This document shows positions 7,553 through 11,429 of a stretch of 11,429 nucleotides of DNA, in pieces (position 1 is the first letter of the stretch; the number at the start of each line of letters is the position of its first letter). A model generated the notes under the pieces. That model was not told the origin of the DNA, ran no database searches, and saw only the letters and a list, made by a program, of their open reading frames with translations. The DNA comes from Acidimicrobiia bacterium (GTDB lineage: Bacteria; Actinomycetota; Acidimicrobiia; Spongiisociales; Spongiisociaceae), in NCBI GenBank assembly GCA_041576165.1, contig JBFGLM010000092.1:1-11429 (forward strand), in the 5' to 3' direction. The translations under genes and the position numbers were made by a program.

Positions 7553-8383
7553 TCATTGCCTGCGGCGATCGGCGACCTTCAACAGCTCGGCTGCGGCCAC
7601 GATGACCTGCGCCTCGAAGTAGAGCCAGACCAGCACCACCAAGACGGCTCCCGCGGCACCGGTGAGAGACACTGACGTCAACTGCGAGTAGATCGTAAAC
7701 ACGCCCGTACTGGCAACGAGGCACACCGCTGTGAGGCCCGACACCCAGATGACACTCAACAGGCGAACAGGGACAGGTACCAGCATGCGAAATAGCACCA
7801 CGAGCACCCCGATGCCGAGACCCCACGTGGCAGCCGTCACGGCGAGATTGTCGATCGCCGCCAGCCAAGCTGGTTGGCCGGGCAGAATGCCCACGATCAG
7901 ATTGGCGACCGTTTGGACCAGCAAGCTCGCGACGAGCAGGGCACTCGCCAGCAGGACCACTGCAACAGCGAGCAGGCGACGCCGCATCGTGTACGTCAAG
8001 CCATCGCCGACAGGGCGATGCCAGATGACATTGAACGTGTCTTGCAACGCAACGAACACCACCGACGCGGCGAACGCCCACGATGTGATGCCGACCACTC
8101 CCAACCCTGCGGTGGTGCCCGGCGACTCGATGTCGGCGGCGAGCTCCGTGGCGACCTCGCCGGCCGCGTCTTGCAGCACGGGACTGAGCTGGCTAGCGAC
8201 GTAGGCGGCGATCTCCTCTTGCGTGAACAGCAGACTCGCTACGAATATCGCGATGGAAACAAGCGGGATGATCGCGAACAATCCGTAGTACGCGAGACCG
8301 GCGCCCAACCGCATGGCTCTGTCGCGCCGCCACTCTGCGTAGGCCGTGGCCAAAAGCGCGTAGGCAGCCGAGATCCACCTCAC
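7553..8383 (-). CDS. YihY/virulence factor BrkB family membrane protein (276 aa)
   Basis: W..DRAMRLGAGLAYYGLFAIIPL, ASVVFVALQDTFNVIW and GAAGAVLVVLVWLYFEAQVIVAAAE are typical YihY motifs; about 6 TM. No in-frame upstream start before a TAA. Confidence 0.92.
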   Translation of the reverse strand: MRWISAAYALLATAYAEWRRDRAMRLGAGLAYYGLFAIIPLVSIAIFVASLLFTQEEIAAYVASQLSPVLQDAAGEVATELAADIESPGTTAGLGVVGITSWAFAASVVFVALQDTFNVIWHRPVGDGLTYTMRRRLLAVAVVLLASALLVASLLVQTVANLIVGILPGQPAWLAAIDNLAVTAATWGLGIGVLVVLFRMLVPVPVRLLSVIWVSGLTAVCLVASTGVFTIYSQLTSVSLTGAAGAVLVVLVWLYFEAQVIVAAAELLKVADRRRQ

Positions 8384-8540
8384 GACGCCACCGCCGGGGC
8401 GAGACGGTGGTCCCGGATTGGCACGAATCCACCCCCACGGCCGTCTGAGCCACCGGCGCCCGGAGATCTCGTGCGCCGGGCCAGGATCCGAACTTGTCCC
8501 GTGTGGCGGACAACCGCTGCCTGATTACGGCGATCGGGGT

Positions 8541-8741
8541 TCAGTAGGCGACGCGCTCGGCATAGGCACTTCCCGGCCTGGCCGGTAGAACCGCTCCGAT
8601 GAGCCACAGAATCGGGATGAAGATGCCGAATATGAACAAGGCCACGTGACCTTTGCGAAGCGTCACCAATGCGACCGTGAACCAAAGGGCGATGTAGATA
8701 GCCGCCAAGGCCGAAATCAGGATCCATTCGAGCCCGGTCAT
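8541..8741 (-). CDS. Small two-TM membrane protein (66 aa), unknown function
   Basis: Hydrophobic hairpin joined by LRKGH and followed by FIFGIFIPILWLIGAVLP; AGGTGA RBS upstream of the ATG; GC-biased codon use. Confidence 0.8.
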   Translation of the reverse strand: MTGLEWILISALAAIYIALWFTVALVTLRKGHVALFIFGIFIPILWLIGAVLPARPGSAYAERVAY

Positions 8742-8771
8742 TGTCCGTCACCTGCCTTTCCTGCGTTGCCT

Positions 8772-8816
8772 ATTGTGCTGGCGTTTGCCGAGCTGGAAAG
8801 AATCGTGCTGGAGTTT
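8772..8816. repeat. 15-bp direct repeat with 30-bp period in the promoter of the 66-aa gene
   Basis: ATTGTGCTGGCGTTT (8772-8786) versus ATCGTGCTGGAGTTT (8802-8816), 13/15 identical. Confidence 0.55.
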
Positions 8817-8829
8817 CGGTCTTCGAGCG

Positions 8830-8846
8830 TCACCCGGCCTGGGTGG
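8830..8846. promoter_or_regulatory. Palindromic box 2, TCACCC-GGCCT-GGGTGG (candidate activator site for the 66-aa/YihY unit)
   Basis: 11/12 match to the box; CACGAT (- strand, 8802-8807) lies 22 nt downstream. Confidence 0.65.
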
Positions 8847-8911
8847 TTCAAGCAGAGCCTCCAGGCGGGCCTGCGCCGCTTTCGGGCAGCGATGGATAAC
8901 GGCGGGCGCAC

Positions 8912-8928
8912 TCACCCTCCATGGGTGA
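8912..8928. promoter_or_regulatory. Palindromic box 3, TCACCC-TCCAT-GGGTGA (candidate activator site for the holin-family gene)
   Basis: Perfect 6-5-6 palindrome; TGc-CATCGT (hexamer 8951-8956) lies 22 nt downstream on the + strand, followed by RBS AGGAG at 8963-8967. Confidence 0.7.
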
Positions 8929-8973
8929 CGGCGCCATTCGCGCCAGCTGCCATCGTTATGCCAGGAGCATGAC

Positions 8974-9342
8974 TTGAAGCTACTGATCGCACTGCTCATC
9001 AATGCTGTTGCCCTGTTGATGACGGCCTATCTGTTGCCCGGGCTTGAGTTCGACGGCGGGGTGTTCGAACTGCTCGTAGTGACAGTCGTCTTCAGCCTCA
9101 TCAACACGTTCATACGACCCGTCGTGAGATTCCTCACCCTGCCGCTCACGGTCGTCACGTTTGGTTTGTTCACGTTGGTCGTCAACGGGTTGATGGTGAT
9201 CATCACAACGTGGCTCGTCGACGCGTTGTCGCTCGCAGGCGGGCTGGTGCAAAGACTCTTCACGGCCATCGTGGCTGCCCTGGTGATCAGCGTGATCAGC
9301 GTTGCGCTGAGCTGGCTGTTGTTCAGAGACAGAGATTCATAG
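8974..9342 (+). CDS. YvlD-like / phage holin family 4 (4-TM) membrane protein (122 aa)
   Basis: LLINAVAL...LLPG...LINTFIRPVVRFLTLPLTVVTFGLFTLVVNG is the family signature. TTG start 6 nt after AGGAG. Confidence 0.9.
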   Translation: MKLLIALLINAVALLMTAYLLPGLEFDGGVFELLVVTVVFSLINTFIRPVVRFLTLPLTVVTFGLFTLVVNGLMVIITTWLVDALSLAGGLVQRLFTAIVAALVISVISVALSWLLFRDRDS

Positions 9343-9361
9343 CTGTCGGGCGATGCCCGGG

Positions 9362-9407
9362 CGCTCCGTGAAAACGCCGCTCCGTGAAACGCCGCTCCGT
9401 GAAACGC
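9362..9407. repeat. Tandem repeat, 3 x CGCTCCGTGAAA(A)CGC
   Basis: Units at 9362-9377 (16 nt), 9378-9392 and 9393-9407 (15 nt each), in the gap between convergent genes. Confidence 0.9.
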
Positions 9408-9464
9408 GAGGAGCGGGCATGGGAATCGGGTCACACGTCTTAGCCCAATTGACAGGCACGCCGT

Positions 9465-11429
9465 TCAGGAATCGTCCGTGCTGCCGAGGAGGCCAAGTTG
9501 CCGAGCCTTTGCGATCGCATCGGTCTTCGACCCAACGCCCAGCTTGCGATAGACGAGGCGGAGGTGCGTTTTGACAGTGTTACGCGACAAGAACAGCCGT
9601 TGCGCTATCTGAGCGTTGGTCAGATTCTCCGGTAACAGTTCCATGACGGCCTGTTCCGCCGGCGACAAGCGGGGCGGGCCCGGCGGCGTCTCATCGAACC
9701 GCTGCGCTTGTATGCGAATCAGATCGTCGAGAGCGGTCGGGCTCGCGAACCGTCCGGCGAGCTCAGATGCTTCGGCGAGCGCTGCACCCGCGTCCCGCGT
9801 GTCTCCAGCCCTCCATGCGAGCTCAGCCCGTATCAGGGCCCTGACGCACATCAGGTCGCCTGGGAGGTTTTGCGCGGTTGGTTGCGCACAGTCGATCGCC
9901 CACGCGGGCGTTGACGTGTGCTCCGTCCACAAAGCGGCCAGGCATCCATATGCAGCTTTTCGGGCTCTCATCTTCATGGGGATGTGCTCCACAAGTGTGG
10001 CCATGCGAGCGACGTTCGACTGGGCAGTGAGTATGTCCCCGCTGACAAACGCCAACAAGGCCGCCAAACCGTGGCGCTCAGCCGTCGTGTGCAACGTGGC
10101 CTGGGGCGCGCGGATTCGAGCCAACACGACGAATGCATCCGACAAGGAGCCCGCCAGCCAGCGAACCCTGGCTGCCGAAATGGCCAGATGACCAGACGTG
10201 TCCGCCTCCCTACGCGCAGCAGCATCAGCCACCTGATGGGTGGATCGGTTCAGTTGTTCGAGCGCCTCATCGACGTTCCACCCGTAAAGCGAGAGATCAA
10301 TGCGGTTCGCCAGCCACTCGGTAGTAAACCCGACCGCATCACCGATCCCGTCTGACTCACTTTCCAGGGCGGAAAGATGCTTCGCCGCCGCGTCGAGATG
10401 CCCCGACTCCAGCGAGCTCCGGGTGGCCACGAGGCGTAAGGCAGGTCGCTTCGCGATCATTTCGACAGGCATCCGGTCGATCCAACTGAAGATCTGCGCC
10501 TCGGAACAATCCTCATACACGGCGGAGCTGTGCATGGACAGCACTGCGGCTGCGTCAGCGACGTCTTGGGGATCGCCGCGCATCATGTACTCGACCGCAT
10601 CGCACACATGCCCGTGCGTGAGACACCACTCACGGGCCCGCCGATAGGTGGCCAGCTGGTCGTCGGGGGACGGTGACGCCAGTGCCTCAAAGGCATCTCG
10701 GAGAACCGGATGATGCTCGAACCATCCCGGCGAATCGAGGACCGGCCGGAGGAAGGTCTCTCGGGTGGTCAGATCATGAAATGTCCGTGGGGCAGCGCTC
10801 CGGCTGACAACTGCGCACAGATCCGCGCAGAGGCGAATGAGCCCTACCGTCTGCAAGACAAGCTGTCTCGCCGTCGCGTCGAGCGGCCCAACTATCTCCC
10901 GCGACACGTAGTCCACTACCGAGGCGTCGGCGCCGCTGAATGTGTTGACCCACGCGTCTACATCCTCAACCTTCTGGGCTTGCCGGCCCGCCAAGAGAAT
11001 GCCGGTCACCCAGCCACCGGTACGATCGGCCAGCTGTGCGGCCGCTGCGTCCCGCACATGCAAGCCGTACAGGTCGCGCAGCAGTCGAGCAACGCCAGTA
11101 GGCCCATGGCACAGATCATCGAGACGTACCTCTGCAGCGAGCATCTGAGAGCGCCACCGCGCGATGGATAGTGGCGGCACAGTGCGCGACCCGATCCTTA
11201 AACGCCAGTTCGCTCCGGCTTCCTCCACCAGGCGAGTCACCAGGCTGTGGACACCAGGATGGCGGATCTGCTCGTAGCGGTCAAGAAAAAGGACGACCTC
11301 GCGGTCCGATCTGATCGCGTCATTGATCAGCGCCCGCACAACTTCATGCGGCTCCGCCGGTAGATCTCCGTTCCAAAGTCTCGCACGGTGGACACCGTGC
11401 ATGGACCCGACCAACGCGGCCGCAAACGC
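9465..11429 (-). CDS. MalT-like STAND ATPase / LuxR C-terminal HTH transcriptional regulator (5'-truncated by the window edge)
   Basis: The frame is open to the window edge. MalT-type motifs: VVLFLDRY (Walker B position), GSRTVPPLSIARWR, RTGGWVTGILLA, WFEHHPVL. C-terminal LSPAEQAVMELL...TNAQIAQRLFLSRNTVKTHLRLVYRKLGV is a LuxR HTH. Confidence 0.92.
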   Translation of the reverse strand, partial: AFAAALVGSMHGVHRARLWNGDLPAEPHEVVRALINDAIRSDREVVLFLDRYEQIRHPGVHSLVTRLVEEAGANWRLRIGSRTVPPLSIARWRSQMLAAEVRLDDLCHGPTGVARLLRDLYGLHVRDAAAAQLADRTGGWVTGILLAGRQAQKVEDVDAWVNTFSGADASVVDYVSREIVGPLDATARQLVLQTVGLIRLCADLCAVVSRSAAPRTFHDLTTRETFLRPVLDSPGWFEHHPVLRDAFEALASPSPDDQLATYRRAREWCLTHGHVCDAVEYMMRGDPQDVADAAAVLSMHSSAVYEDCSEAQIFSWIDRMPVEMIAKRPALRLVATRSSLESGHLDAAAKHLSALESESDGIGDAVGFTTEWLANRIDLSLYGWNVDEALEQLNRSTHQVADAAARREADTSGHLAISAARVRWLAGSLSDAFVVLARIRAPQATLHTTAERHGLAALLAFVSGDILTAQSNVARMATLVEHIPMKMRARKAAYGCLAALWTEHTSTPAWAIDCAQPTAQNLPGDLMCVRALIRAELAWRAGDTRDAGAALAEASELAGRFASPTALDDLIRIQAQRFDETPPGPPRLSPAEQAVMELLPENLTNAQIAQRLFLSRNTVKTHLRLVYRKLGVGSKTDAIAKARQLGLLGSTDDS

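Noticed and set aside
8380-8751. 123-aa - strand ORF whose stop overlaps the YihY start
   Set aside because: It overlaps the better-supported 66-aa gene in another frame and has low-complexity R/G-rich sequence; the GTGA overlap arises automatically from GTG-AGG.
8969-8977. Mini-ORF ATG-ACT-TGA overlapping the holin-family TTG start
   Set aside because: The ATG is only 1 nt from the AGGAG SD, too close for initiation; the SD spacing fits the TTG at 8974.
8974-9342. Holin-family gene as evidence of a prophage
   Set aside because: No endolysin, integrase or structural genes are present; this family is commonly chromosomal (YvlD-like).
9362-9407. Repeat containing GTGAAAC as a CRISPR array
   Set aside because: The units are 15 bp and directly adjacent, with no spacers and no cas genes.
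6605-11429. Impression of lower GC and more A/T-ending codons, suggesting a horizontally acquired island
   Set aside because: Not quantified, and no integrase, tRNA, IS or flanking direct repeats are visible; a GC3 and tetranucleotide comparison with the whole genome is needed.

Overview
High-GC bacterial DNA with actinobacterial-style genes and promoters; 10 complete CDSs plus one running off the right edge. No rRNA, tRNA, transposase or CRISPR array was seen. The left part (1-4400) holds an ASCH+winged-helix gene, a divergent DUF1440/YagU-like membrane protein followed by a LivJ-type binding protein with no signal peptide, and a convergent MMPL/RND transporter. The right part (4400-11429) holds an orphan gltD (no gltB), an RDD protein coupled to a 9-residue-repeat protein, a YihY/BrkB protein, a 66-aa membrane protein, a YvlD/holin-4-family protein and a MalT-like STAND-LuxR regulator. 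The main observation is a 17-bp palindrome, TCACCC-N5-GGGTG(A/G), found three times and only between genes. Each copy lies 22-23 nt upstream of a -10-like hexamer pointing into one of the membrane-protein transcription units. This suggests an uncharacterised membrane/envelope regulon activated by the neighbouring MalT-like LuxR protein.
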